Positions 1 through 8,056 of a DNA stretch of 24,668 nt are shown in pieces. The stretch comes from a virus. Taxonomy: Duplodnaviria; Caudoviricetes. Position 1 is the first letter of the stretch, and every line of letters starts with the position of its first letter. The notes beneath the pieces were generated by a model, which was not told the origin of the DNA, made no database searches, and saw nothing but the letters and a program-made list of their open reading frames with translations. The position numbers and the translations under genes were made by a program. The stretch lies in the IMG/VR virus record IMGVR_UViG_3300008267_001278, positions 1-24,668 of that record, one strand, 5' to 3'.

Positions 1-996
1 TTCCAAGGATTTAAAGGCGATCAAGGCAACCAAGGCCCTCAAGGAAATCAAGGTCCTCAAGGCGATAGAGGCTTTCAAGGCTTCCAAGGCAACCAAGGCC
101 CACAAGGTAATCAAGGTCCTCAAGGTGATAGAGGCTTTCAAGGTTTCCAAGGAAATCAAGGTCCTCAAGGTGTGGGTTCTCAAGGTAATCAAGGTCCTAC
201 AGGTGCAGGTCCGCAAGGTAACCAAGGTCCAACAGGTACTGGTAATCAAGGCAACCAAGGCCCACAAGGCCGTCAAGGTCCAAGTGGTACTGACTCTACA
301 GTAGCAGGCCCTCAAGGCCGTCAAGGCCCTACAGGTGCTGATTCAACAGCAGCAGGTCCTCAAGGTAGACAAGGTCCTACAGGTACAGGTGATCAAGGTT
401 TCCAAGGACGCCAAGGTCCTACAGGTACAGGTGATCAAGGCTTCCAAGGCCGTCAAGGCCCTACAGGTACTGGCGATCAAGGCTTTCAAGGCCGTCAAGG
501 TCCAACAGGAACCGGTGATCAAGGCTTCCAAGGTCGTCAAGGGCCTACAGGTGCCGGTCCTCAAGGCAACCAAGGCCCTCAAGGAAACCAAGGTCCAACA
601 GGTCCTGGATTTAACGCTATTTCACCTTCAACGGCTGATAGATTATTAATCAGTAACGGTACCTCAACTGGAGCCACAACTAACTCACAAATTAGAGTAA
701 GTGGAAATACTATTGAAGCTGAAGGATTTTATCAGATTTCTTCTCGCTATTTAAAATATAATATAATTCCTTATGAAAGTGATGCTTTAGCTATATTAAA
801 TAAAGTTAATGTAGTATCATTTAATTATAAGGATGATAAAGATAATAGACCTCACATTGGTTTTATAGCTGAAGATACTCCATCAGATCTATCTACTCCA
901 AAGAAAAATACGATGGATGTTCCATCAACAGTGGGGGTATTGATAAAGGCAATTCAACAATTAGAAGCTAGAATAAAAGAATTAGAATCTAAATAA
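1..996 (+). CDS. Collagen-like tail fibre with C-terminal intramolecular chaperone (peptidase S74-like) domain, 5' partial
   Basis: Frame +1 is open from base 1 (TTC CAA GGA...) to TAA at 994-996, so the GTG at 172 is internal. G-x-Q/G-P-T triplets run to ~609. The C-terminus SSRYLKYNI...HIGFIAED...[16 protein letters not shown] matches the S74 chaperone pattern. Confidence 0.9.
   Translation, partial: FQGFKGDQGNQGPQGNQGPQGDRGFQGFQGNQGPQGNQGPQGDRGFQGFQGNQGPQGVGSQGNQGPTGAGPQGNQGPTGTGNQGNQGPQGRQGPSGTDSTVAGPQGRQGPTGADSTAAGPQGRQGPTGTGDQGFQGRQGPTGTGDQGFQGRQGPTGTGDQGFQGRQGPTGTGDQGFQGRQGPTGAGPQGNQGPQGNQGPTGPGFNAISPSTADRLLISNGTSTGATTNSQIRVSGNTIEAEGFYQISSRYLKYNIIPYESDALAILNKVNVVSFNYKDDKDNRPHIGFIAEDTPSDLSTPKKNTMDVPSTVGVLIKAIQQLEARIKELESK
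373..540 (+). repeat. Four tandem 42-nt coding repeats ([14 protein letters not shown])
   Basis: Units at 373-414, 415-456, 457-498 and 499-540 encode the same peptide and differ only at synonymous positions. Confidence 0.95.
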
Positions 997-1763
997 TGAA
1001 AAGTGGCAATTACCAAATAACGGGAAATGAGTTACAAGAAATGGTAACGGCTAATTTAGTTAGCTTAAAACCAGGCCAAACCATTCCTGCCACTAATAGA
1101 TGTTTAACTCGCCAAGAAGTAGCTAATAGAGTTCAGGTTTATACCGGAGACTCTCCAGATGGAGCTTTTATACCTAACAGCAATTGGACCATAGGAAATA
1201 CTCTTTATACAGGTCCTTCTCCATGGCTTACTTGTAATTACAACTACATAAATGCTGTAAGATTATCAGACTCTGGTGGTAGTTCATCTCTTATTTTTGA
1301 GATGAATCAAGAAGGTAATCCTTATTTAAACTGTGATTTAGGAGGGTATGTAAATGGATCTCCATTAAGATTAGATCCGGGTGGTAATTTAGATTGGTTG
1401 TATTTTGGAGGACCACAGTATTCTCCTCAAATGAATTCTGCTGTTAAAGTGGGAAATAGTATTTACGTTCAAGCAAATTTCGGATTAGCTGATGGTGGAG
1501 GATCTTGGAACGCTGATGGATATGGATTCATGGAGGTATACGCAAATGGAACTTTAATACATGATTATTCTATATTTAAACCATACCAACCAACAGGCTC
1601 AAGTCTATCAGAACATGGATACACATTTACTGTCCAAGCAAACACAAACTATTATATTAAAGCATGGACCCTTATAACTTATATTTATGAAGGATGTTAT
1701 TCAGTAAACAACCCATATCATGCTTGTGGTGGTGATGGTAATTGTGGGTGTATACAATGTTAA
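996..1763 (+). CDS. Putative tail-fibre-associated beta-rich protein with Cys-rich C-terminus
   Basis: 255-aa ORF coupled to the fibre gene by TAATG; G/N/Y/S-rich; ends CYSVNNPYHACGGDGNCGCIQC. Function inferred from position only. Confidence 0.6.
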   Translation: MKSGNYQITGNELQEMVTANLVSLKPGQTIPATNRCLTRQEVANRVQVYTGDSPDGAFIPNSNWTIGNTLYTGPSPWLTCNYNYINAVRLSDSGGSSSLIFEMNQEGNPYLNCDLGGYVNGSPLRLDPGGNLDWLYFGGPQYSPQMNSAVKVGNSIYVQANFGLADGGGSWNADGYGFMEVYANGTLIHDYSIFKPYQPTGSSLSEHGYTFTVQANTNYYIKAWTLITYIYEGCYSVNNPYHACGGDGNCGCIQC

Positions 1764-1772
1764 AATTAAAAT

Positions 1773-3137
1773 ATGGCAAATAATACATTTGATTATTTAA
1801 CACAAGGAACTAGATATGTAACTGTGTTTAATGGTGTTATTTCGAGTATTGATAACTTATGTCCTGTTGGACCTGGTAGTGTAATAGCTACACAATCTGG
1901 ATATGGAACTGGAATAATAGAAGTATCTAGAGGAGAAAATAGTATAACCATGACTCCTTTCCACACAGTAGGTAGAGATTGGATTGAGGCTAAAGCTAGT
2001 ACAGATGGTATTTACATATATGCAATTAGAAACCTCTCAGTCCCAGAAGCTGCAGGAAAAATCGAAAGATCATTAAATTATGGTGCATCTTTTTACCCTA
2101 TCACTTCTGGTATTACTCCAACTCACAACCCAGTTGCTATAGCAATGGATGAAACAGCATCCACTGTAGTTGTTGTAACTCAAAATGGATATATCTATTA
2201 TAATTTAGGTACTTACTTTAATAACTTTAATCAATCAACTGCTCCTGGAATAAGAGATTGGAAAGCCGTTGCAGTAAGTGCTACAGGAAATATAATTGTT
2301 GCAGCAGCCTCAGATGGTACAGTTTGGAGAACAACAAAAAGTCAGATAAGTAATAATCAAGGCTGGCTTCAATCTAATATAGGATATGGAGGTGGATCAA
2401 CTTCTTGGACATGCATAACAATAAACCGTGATGGTAGTAGAATTTGGTTAGCTGGAAATAACACACATTTATATAGATCAGATGATGGTGGATACACTTT
2501 TGTACCAGTACAAATAACAGTTACAATACCTGGTCTTGGTTCAGCTAATATTAGTAGCCCTTTTAATTTTTCTAATATTGCTACAGATAATCTAGGTAAC
2601 AATACAGTAGCTACAGTAGAACCAAATAGTAATTCTTCTAATTGTGGTTTCATTGCAAAAAACTTTATAGGAGGACCAGTTAATTATAATAACTGGTCAT
2701 GGGGGTGGGGAAGAACTGGATACTATCCATACAATAATATAGTTAATGGTTCTTGGACAGGATTAGCAGTAAGCTCAGATGCTGCTACAATATATGCTGT
2801 TAATAACGACCCTTCATTAGGTGGATTATATGTATCACAAGATAATGCCTCTAACTTTTTCGGAATAGGGGGAGTAAAGCCTTATTCTTCAATAAGTTAT
2901 GTCCGAAACCAAACCTGCCCAGCTAATGGTACAGTTCTAGAACAATTTTGTGATGGTACTACTTGGACTCAAATAATTGCTAATGGTAGTTGTTCCACTT
3001 ACACTACTCAAGAGTATAACTCACCTTTGTGTCCAATTATGGAGAATTATGTCTGTGATTGTGGATTTGGTTGTGAAGCATATCCAAACCCATGTTATTA
3101 TTATGGATGTTATGACTGTAATGGCGGGGTTGTTTAA
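1773..3137 (+). CDS. BNR/Asp-box beta-propeller protein, putative receptor-binding or virion protein
   Basis: Asp-box-like repeats RSLNYGASF, RSDDGGYTF and VSQDNASNF; blade motifs WKAVAVSATG, WTCITINRDG and WTGLAVSSDA; Cys-rich last ~70 aa. Confidence 0.75.
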   Translation: MANNTFDYLTQGTRYVTVFNGVISSIDNLCPVGPGSVIATQSGYGTGIIEVSRGENSITMTPFHTVGRDWIEAKASTDGIYIYAIRNLSVPEAAGKIERSLNYGASFYPITSGITPTHNPVAIAMDETASTVVVVTQNGYIYYNLGTYFNNFNQSTAPGIRDWKAVAVSATGNIIVAAASDGTVWRTTKSQISNNQGWLQSNIGYGGGSTSWTCITINRDGSRIWLAGNNTHLYRSDDGGYTFVPVQITVTIPGLGSANISSPFNFSNIATDNLGNNTVATVEPNSNSSNCGFIAKNFIGGPVNYNNWSWGWGRTGYYPYNNIVNGSWTGLAVSSDAATIYAVNNDPSLGGLYVSQDNASNFFGIGGVKPYSSISYVRNQTCPANGTVLEQFCDGTTWTQIIANGSCSTYTTQEYNSPLCPIMENYVCDCGFGCEAYPNPCYYYGCYDCNGGVV

Positions 3138-3155
3138 TATATAAAATAAAAATTT

Positions 3156-3386
3156 ATGATAAATTATTACAGAAAGAATCAAATGCATTTGTCGGTAGAT
3201 ACCGAAACACAAAAAGTTATCGTTTTAATGAACGAATCTAATGAATGTTCAATACGCGTTACTGCACCAGCCCCGTTTTATGATAAAATAGCTGAAGATT
3301 TAACTAATAATATTATTGAAGAATCTACAGAAGAAGCATTTATCGCTACTAGACAGGAAGTAGAAACTCGTCTTTCTTCTTTATAA
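3156..3386 (+). CDS. Hypothetical protein (76 aa)
   Basis: ORF fills the gap, co-oriented, with an A/T-rich leader. Confidence 0.6.
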   Translation: MINYYRKNQMHLSVDTETQKVIVLMNESNECSIRVTAPAPFYDKIAEDLTNNIIEESTEEAFIATRQEVETRLSSL

Positions 3387-3391
3387 GATTG

Positions 3392-3420
3392 CGGTTTTTG
3401 GACTCTGTTATATATTTATA
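3392..3420 (+). promoter_or_regulatory. Putative promoter CGGTT-N16-TATTTATA
   Basis: TATTTAT at 3413-3419, 24 nt before ATG 3443. Also reads as TTG(3389)-N19-TATATTTA(3411). Confidence 0.6.
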
Positions 3421-3442
3421 TACGAACAAAAAAATATAAAAC

Positions 3443-3694
3443 ATGTTAACACTTATTATCGTATTAGTACTTGCAGCCGCTGTTACCTTTGTTCTAATGA
3501 GAAAAGGTAAGATTGCTGACACAAACAACAACAACATTCCTGATGCAATCGAATCAAAAATCGAAGCAGTTAAAGAAGTTGTTGAAGAAGTAAAAGAAAT
3601 TGTAAAAGAAGCTAAAGTTAAAGCTCCAAAGAAACAAGCAGCTCCAAAAGCAGCACCAGCTCCAAAAACAAAAGCAACAAAGAAAACAAAATAA
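3443..3694 (+). CDS. Small membrane-anchored protein with Lys/Ala/Pro-rich tail
   Basis: Hydrophobic N-terminus (LTLIIVLVLAAAVTFVL), DTNNNNIPD loop, basic KAPKKQAAPKAAPAPK tail. Confidence 0.75.
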   Translation: MLTLIIVLVLAAAVTFVLMRKGKIADTNNNNIPDAIESKIEAVKEVVEEVKEIVKEAKVKAPKKQAAPKAAPAPKTKATKKTK

Positions 3695-3709
3695 AATATA
3701 AAGAAAGTT

Positions 3710-4180
3710 ATGGAAAAAATTAGTCTAAAATTGTTCGAGTTTTTAAATCTCGAAGCTGAAATTAATGGTTTAGTAAACCAACAAACAGGTGAAGCAATTT
3801 CTAAAGGTTTATTAGGTGAAAAACTTAATATGATCACTAAGTATTGGATCACTGATTTAAATAAAAAATTGACTTCTGAAAAAGAATCAATTAACAAACT
3901 TCGTGATGAATTAATTATGAAGTATGGTTCAACAGATGAAAGTGGTGGATACCAACTATCTCCATCTATCAAGGTAGAAGATGGTGTCGACGAAGAAGGT
4001 AACCCAAAATTCAAAGCAGAACCAAACAAAGATTTCTTTGAATTTCAAAAGGAATACAACGATTTGTTAAATCAAGAAAGAGAATTAGAATATAAGCCTT
4101 TCAATATCAGCGATTTCGCTCATGTAGAAACAGAAGGTAACTATCAAACATTCTTCCAATTGATTAAAGTTGAAGACTAA
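3710..4180 (+). CDS. Hypothetical acidic helical protein (156 aa)
   Basis: Co-oriented ORF with ordinary composition, followed by a terminator-like hairpin. Confidence 0.75.
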   Translation: MEKISLKLFEFLNLEAEINGLVNQQTGEAISKGLLGEKLNMITKYWITDLNKKLTSEKESINKLRDELIMKYGSTDESGGYQLSPSIKVEDGVDEEGNPKFKAEPNKDFFEFQKEYNDLLNQERELEYKPFNISDFAHVETEGNYQTFFQLIKVED

Positions 4181-4196
4181 TCCCTCTATATAAAAC

Positions 4197-4230
4197 GAAG
4201 AAATAGCCTCTAATTTAGGGGCTTTTCTTC
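4197..4230 (+). terminator. Probable intrinsic terminator
   Basis: AGCCTCTA-att-TAGGGGCT stem (one G-U pair) followed by TTTCTTC, which is complementary to the upstream GAAGAAA. Confidence 0.65.
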
Positions 4231-4245
4231 ATTAAGTCAAGTTAT

Positions 4246-4473
4246 ATGAATAAATTAGTAGAAATAGGCAAAGCATGGATAGCAGCAGCAAATCCAACAC
4301 CAGAACAAAAATCAATAGCTGAACATCGTTTAGCTGTATGTGATGGTTGCGAGCATAAAACACACCAAGATGTAATGAATTTTTGGTATTGTAATGCTTG
4401 TGGATGTCCGTTAGCTAAAAAGGTATTTAGTCCAATGAAGGATAGTTGTCCAAAACATAAATGGGAACAATAA
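4246..4473 (+). CDS. Small Cys-rich putative zinc-binding protein (DUF6171-like pattern)
   Basis: RLAVCDGC...CNACGCPLAKK...CPKHKW. Confidence 0.7.
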   Translation: MNKLVEIGKAWIAAANPTPEQKSIAEHRLAVCDGCEHKTHQDVMNFWYCNACGCPLAKKVFSPMKDSCPKHKWEQ

Positions 4474-4474
4474 T

Positions 4475-4738
4475 ATGAATAAGAAATTAACAGAACAGGA
4501 ATTAGCTGAACTTATCGCAATGCGCGAACAATATTCAGATACAGTATTTGAAATTGGCCAGCTACAATACAATAAACACGAATTAGAAGAGCAATTAAAA
4601 TTAATTGATCAGGACTTAACGGGGCTATATGCTGACATAAAGTCCGCCGAAACGCGCCAAAACGAATTTCTTATTAAGGTTCGTGAAACATATGGAGAAG
4701 GAACTCTAGATGTACAAACTGGTGAGATCCTAGCATAA
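4475..4738 (+). CDS. Hypothetical coiled-coil protein (87 aa)
   Basis: Helical heptad-like ORF ending YGEGTLDVQTGE, directly upstream of the sheath gene. Confidence 0.75.
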   Translation: MNKKLTEQELAELIAMREQYSDTVFEIGQLQYNKHELEEQLKLIDQDLTGLYADIKSAETRQNEFLIKVRETYGEGTLDVQTGEILA

Positions 4739-4745
4739 GGCTAGG

Positions 4746-4772
4746 CGGTTACGTATTTCTCCGAATATTTAT
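4746..4772 (+). promoter_or_regulatory. Putative promoter CGGTT-N15-TATTTAT for the sheath gene
   Basis: CGGTT at 4746-4750 and TATTTAT at 4766-4772 in the intergenic region. Preceded by hairpin CCTAGC-ataag-GCTAGG (4729-4745). Confidence 0.6.
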
Positions 4773-4810
4773 TGTCAGAATAATTCAAATCAATTTAACT
4801 AAAAAATACT

Positions 4811-6523
4811 ATGGCAGAAAAAATTATCTCTCCTGGCGTTTTCACTCGCGAAAACGATAAGAGTTTAGTACAAAGAGGTATTCAAGAAGTTGGTGCTGCT
4901 ATTGTTGGACCTACAGTTAAAGGTAATCCTTTAGCTCCAACAGTTGTAACATCATATAGTGAATATTTATCAGTTTTTGGTGATATATTCAAGAGTGGTA
5001 GTAACTACTATGAATATTTTACTTCATTAGCTGCTAAAGAATACTTCAACAATGGTGGAAACTCATTACTAGTAACAAAAATCATCAGCGGTTCTTCTTA
5101 CGATACTTACGCAAGTTCATCAGTTACATCTGCAACAGCAGGTACAGCTTCTTTCGTATTAGAAGCTACTCAATGGGGTGATATCGCAAACAACAGTGGT
5201 TCTGAAGTATCTGGTGCTTTAGCAAATGGTACAATAGAGAACGTACGTTGGGAAGTAGCTAACGTAAATACTACAAAAGGTACATTTACATTAGTAGTTC
5301 GTCGTGGTGATGACAACACAAATAACAAAAACGTTTTAGAAACTTTCTCAAACTTATCATTAGACCCATCTCAACCAAACTACATTTCTCGTGTAGTAGG
5401 TGATGCAAAACCTGTTTACAATGCTTCAAAAGGCTTAGTAGAAATTTCAGGTAGCTTCAGTGGTGGTTCTTCATATGTTCGTGTTAAGTCTGTAACTAAT
5501 ACTATCGATTCAATCGATAATAACGGAAACTACAAAGCTACTACATATAGTGGATCTTTACCAACAGCTGCTAGTGGTTCATTCAGTGGTGGTGTTGCTG
5601 CAACAAACAGAACTGCTGTATTCTTTGAAGCAAACGATAATGCAGCTACAAACTGTCAAGGATTTGCTGCTGCTGATTATACAGCTGCTTTAACTTTATT
5701 ATCAAATAAAGATGATTATAGCTTTAACTTATTATTAGTTCCTGGTGTAACATTAGGTACTGGTGCTTTAAGTCCATTAGCAAATACTGTAACTGGAGTA
5801 TGTGAAGGTAGAGGTGATTCAATGGCAATTATCGATACTACAGCATACGGTGCTAACGTAGCTGCTGCTGTTACAGCTTCTGCTGCTAATGGTTCAAGTT
5901 ACGCAGCTGCTTACTACCCTTGGGTACAATTATTCAGTTCTAACTTAGGTAAGGCTGTATGGTGTCCTCCATCAGTAGTAATGGGTGGTGTATTCGCATT
6001 TAATGATCAAGTAGGTGCAGAATGGTTCGCTCCAGCAGGTTTAAACCGTGGTGGAATTGGATCAGTATTACGTGCTGAAAGAAGATTATCTCAAGAAGAT
6101 CGTGATAACTTATATGATACAAACATTAACCCATTAGCTTCATTCCCTGGAGAAGGTGTTGTAGCATTTGGTCAAAAGACATTACAAAAGAAATCAACTT
6201 CATTAGATAGAATTAACGTTCGTCGTTTGTTGATTACCTTGAAAGGTTTCTTAGGTCAAGTAGGTCGTTCATTAGTATTTGAACAAAATACAGCAGCTAC
6301 AAGAAACAGATTCATGAGTATTGCAAACCCTTATTTAGAATCAGTAGTACAACGTCAAGGTTTATATGCTTATAAAGTGGTAATGGATGATTCTAATAAC
6401 ACACCTGATGTAATCGATAGAAACCAATTAGTTGGTCAAATCTATTTACAACCAAGTAAAACAGCAGAATTCATTGTGTTAGATTTCACAGTATTACCAA
6501 CTGGTGCAACATTCCCAGCGTAA
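4811..6523 (+). CDS. Contractile tail sheath protein (T4 gp18-like)
   Basis: N-terminal ISPGVFTREND; YYPWV; PPS; WFAPAGLNRG; INP; GQKTLQ; DRINVRRL; FEQN; PSKTAEFI. Confidence 0.97.
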   Translation: MAEKIISPGVFTRENDKSLVQRGIQEVGAAIVGPTVKGNPLAPTVVTSYSEYLSVFGDIFKSGSNYYEYFTSLAAKEYFNNGGNSLLVTKIISGSSYDTYASSSVTSATAGTASFVLEATQWGDIANNSGSEVSGALANGTIENVRWEVANVNTTKGTFTLVVRRGDDNTNNKNVLETFSNLSLDPSQPNYISRVVGDAKPVYNASKGLVEISGSFSGGSSYVRVKSVTNTIDSIDNNGNYKATTYSGSLPTAASGSFSGGVAATNRTAVFFEANDNAATNCQGFAAADYTAALTLLSNKDDYSFNLLLVPGVTLGTGALSPLANTVTGVCEGRGDSMAIIDTTAYGANVAAAVTASAANGSSYAAAYYPWVQLFSSNLGKAVWCPPSVVMGGVFAFNDQVGAEWFAPAGLNRGGIGSVLRAERRLSQEDRDNLYDTNINPLASFPGEGVVAFGQKTLQKKSTSLDRINVRRLLITLKGFLGQVGRSLVFEQNTAATRNRFMSIANPYLESVVQRQGLYAYKVVMDDSNNTPDVIDRNQLVGQIYLQPSKTAEFIVLDFTVLPTGATFPA

Positions 6524-6539
6524 GAATTATAAACAATAA

Positions 6540-6546
6540 TATTTAT
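6540..6546 (+). promoter_or_regulatory. TATTTAT leader motif
   Basis: Intergenic, 24 nt before tube ATG 6570. Confidence 0.55.
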
Positions 6547-6569
6547 TAATAGACAAAATTTAACATAAA

Positions 6570-7019
6570 ATGGCTGTATTAGATGCAAACCAAATAATGT
6601 TCACCGCTTTCGAACCAAAGGTGCAAAACCGTTTCATCATGTATGTAGATGGTATTCCAGCATATTTGATCAAGAAGGCAGCGTCTCCTCAGTTTGACGC
6701 AGGTGAAATCATCTTAGATCATATTAACGTTTACCGTAAAGTAAAAGGTAAAGTTAAGTGGCAAGATATGAACTTAGAACTTTATGATCCAATCACTCCA
6801 AGTGGTGCTCAAGCTGTAATGGAATGGGCTCGTTTGGCTCACGAATCAGTAACAGGCCGTGATGGTTATTCTGATTTTTATAAAAAAGATTTAGTATTAA
6901 ACGTATTAGGCCCAGTAGGTGACATCGTTAGCGAATGGGTAATCAAAGGAGGCGTCTGCTTATGCAGACGTCTTTTTTTTTCGTATATTTATATATACAC
7001 AAATAAAAATGTTATATGA
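6570..7019 (+). CDS. Tail tube protein (T4 gp19-like), apparently C-terminally truncated after ~6950
   Basis: Follows the sheath; FEPKVQNRF, KVKGKVKWQD, VMEW, YKKDLVLNVL, EWVIKG. After residue ~127 the frame runs through a terminator hairpin and intergenic DNA (GVCLCRRLFFSYIYIY...). Confidence 0.85.
   Translation: MAVLDANQIMFTAFEPKVQNRFIMYVDGIPAYLIKKAASPQFDAGEIILDHINVYRKVKGKVKWQDMNLELYDPITPSGAQAVMEWARLAHESVTGRDGYSDFYKKDLVLNVLGPVGDIVSEWVIKGGVCLCRRLFFSYIYIYTNKNVI
6951..6981 (+). terminator. Intrinsic terminator
   Basis: GGCGTCTGC-ttat-GCAGACGTC followed by a 9-T run. Confidence 0.85.
6986..6993 (+). promoter_or_regulatory. TATTTATA leader motif
   Basis: Immediately after the terminator, 24 nt before ATG 7016. 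Confidence 0.55.
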
Positions 7020-7768
7020 GCGAATTTAAAATGCCTACCGAAACGATTTCGTTACCTTCAAAAGGCTTATTGTATCCAAAAGAATCACCACTATCTACAG
7101 GTGAAATTGAAATGAAGTATATGACCGCTAAGGAAGAAGATATTCTTACCAATGCTAACTACATCAAAGATGGTTCTGTACTTAACCGAGTAATGCAATC
7201 ATTAATTGTAACACCAGTTAGTTTTAATGATATATTAGTGTGCGATAAAAACGCAATTCTGTTAGGTGCTCGTATCTTGGGATACGGTGCTGAATATCCA
7301 TTTAGATATTTTAATCCGTCTACAGGTGCTGAAGAAACAATAACTGTTGATTTATCAAAATTAAAAGAAAAAGAAATTGATTTATCAATATTCCAAGAGG
7401 GTAAAAATGAATTTGAATTCACAATGCCACTATCTGGAAATGCAGTAACGTTTAAATTATTAACACACGGTGATGAGCAAGCAATTGATGCTGAAATTAA
7501 AGGTTTAAAGAAAATTACACCACAAGGTTCATTTGAAATTACTACTCGTTTAAAATATATTATTACATCAGTCAACGGTAAGAGAGAATTGGCATCAATT
7601 CGTGATTTTGTTGATAATGGTTTAACAGCAAAAGATGCTAGAGCATTGCGTGAGCATTATGCACAAATCCAACCAGACATTGACATGACTTACTATCCTG
7701 AAGGTGCAGAGGAGGGCATTTCGATTCCAGTTGGGATTAACTTTTTTTGGCCTGACTCAGGAAGATAG
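7016..7768 (+). CDS. Tail/baseplate hub assembly chaperone (T4 gp26-like; G-type)
   Basis: ISLPSKG, MTAKEEDIL, DKNAILLGARILGYG, internally duplicated MPLSG..VTFKLLT, ends NFFWP. Lies between tube and tape measure. Confidence 0.8.
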   Translation: MSEFKMPTETISLPSKGLLYPKESPLSTGEIEMKYMTAKEEDILTNANYIKDGSVLNRVMQSLIVTPVSFNDILVCDKNAILLGARILGYGAEYPFRYFNPSTGAEETITVDLSKLKEKEIDLSIFQEGKNEFEFTMPLSGNAVTFKLLTHGDEQAIDAEIKGLKKITPQGSFEITTRLKYIITSVNGKRELASIRDFVDNGLTAKDARALREHYAQIQPDIDMTYYPEGAEEGISIPVGINFFWPDSGR

Positions 7769-8021
7769 ACCTATGGTATTCGACCAAATCCACGAAATAG
7801 TATTTCATGGAAAAGGTGGATACGATTGGGATACGGTGTACAATATGCCAATATGGTTACGTCGATTTACGTTCCATAAGATGAAAAAATTCTATGATGA
7901 TGAAAAAGAAGCGATGGAAAAGCAAAATCAACAGCTTGAAAATAAAACAAAAACATCATCAAAACCACTAACACCCAACGTATCACAACCCACATATTCA
8001 ACAAGAGCGCCTAAGAAATAG
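7740..8021 (+). CDS. gp51-like / T-type chaperone extension, probably reached by frameshift from the upstream ORF (alternative ATG at 7773)
   Basis: Overlaps the upstream ORF in the +1 frame across TTTTTTT (7742-7748). YDWDTVYNMPIWLRRF resembles GT/gp51 C-terminal modules. Confidence 0.7.
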   Translation, partial: TFFGLTQEDRPMVFDQIHEIVFHGKGGYDWDTVYNMPIWLRRFTFHKMKKFYDDEKEAMEKQNQQLENKTKTSSKPLTPNVSQPTYSTRAPKK

Positions 8022-8030
8022 GCGCTTTTT
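8003..8030 (+). terminator. Intrinsic terminator overlapping the stop codon
   Basis: AGCGCCTA-agaaa-TAGGCGCT followed by T tract. Confidence 0.8.
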
Positions 8031-8031
8031 A

Positions 8032-8039
8032 TATTTATA
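8032..8039 (+). promoter_or_regulatory. TATTTATA leader motif
   Basis: Immediately after the terminator, 19 nt before ATG 8057. Confidence 0.55.
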
Positions 8040-8056
8040 CGGGTAATTATTACTTT

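Noticed and set aside
1-609. Repeats as a CRISPR array or non-coding tandem repeat
   Set aside because: Variation is confined to third codon positions and there are no unique spacers; it is collagen-coding.
335-649. Alternative-frame ORFs 335-649 (+) and 343-591 (-)
   Set aside because: Shadows of the stop-poor collagen repeat.
1685-3137. Diversity-generating retroelement variable regions at the fibre gene ends
   Set aside because: No template/variable repeat pair differing at adenines and no reverse transcriptase in the window.
4729-4745. CCTAGC-ataag-GCTAGG as an intrinsic terminator
   Set aside because: No U tract follows the stem; noted only as a hairpin.
7704-7739. GTG start at 7704 for the 105-aa ORF
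   Set aside because: This stretch is the +1 shadow of the upstream gene's C-terminus; the plausible product begins at the T run or ATG 7773.
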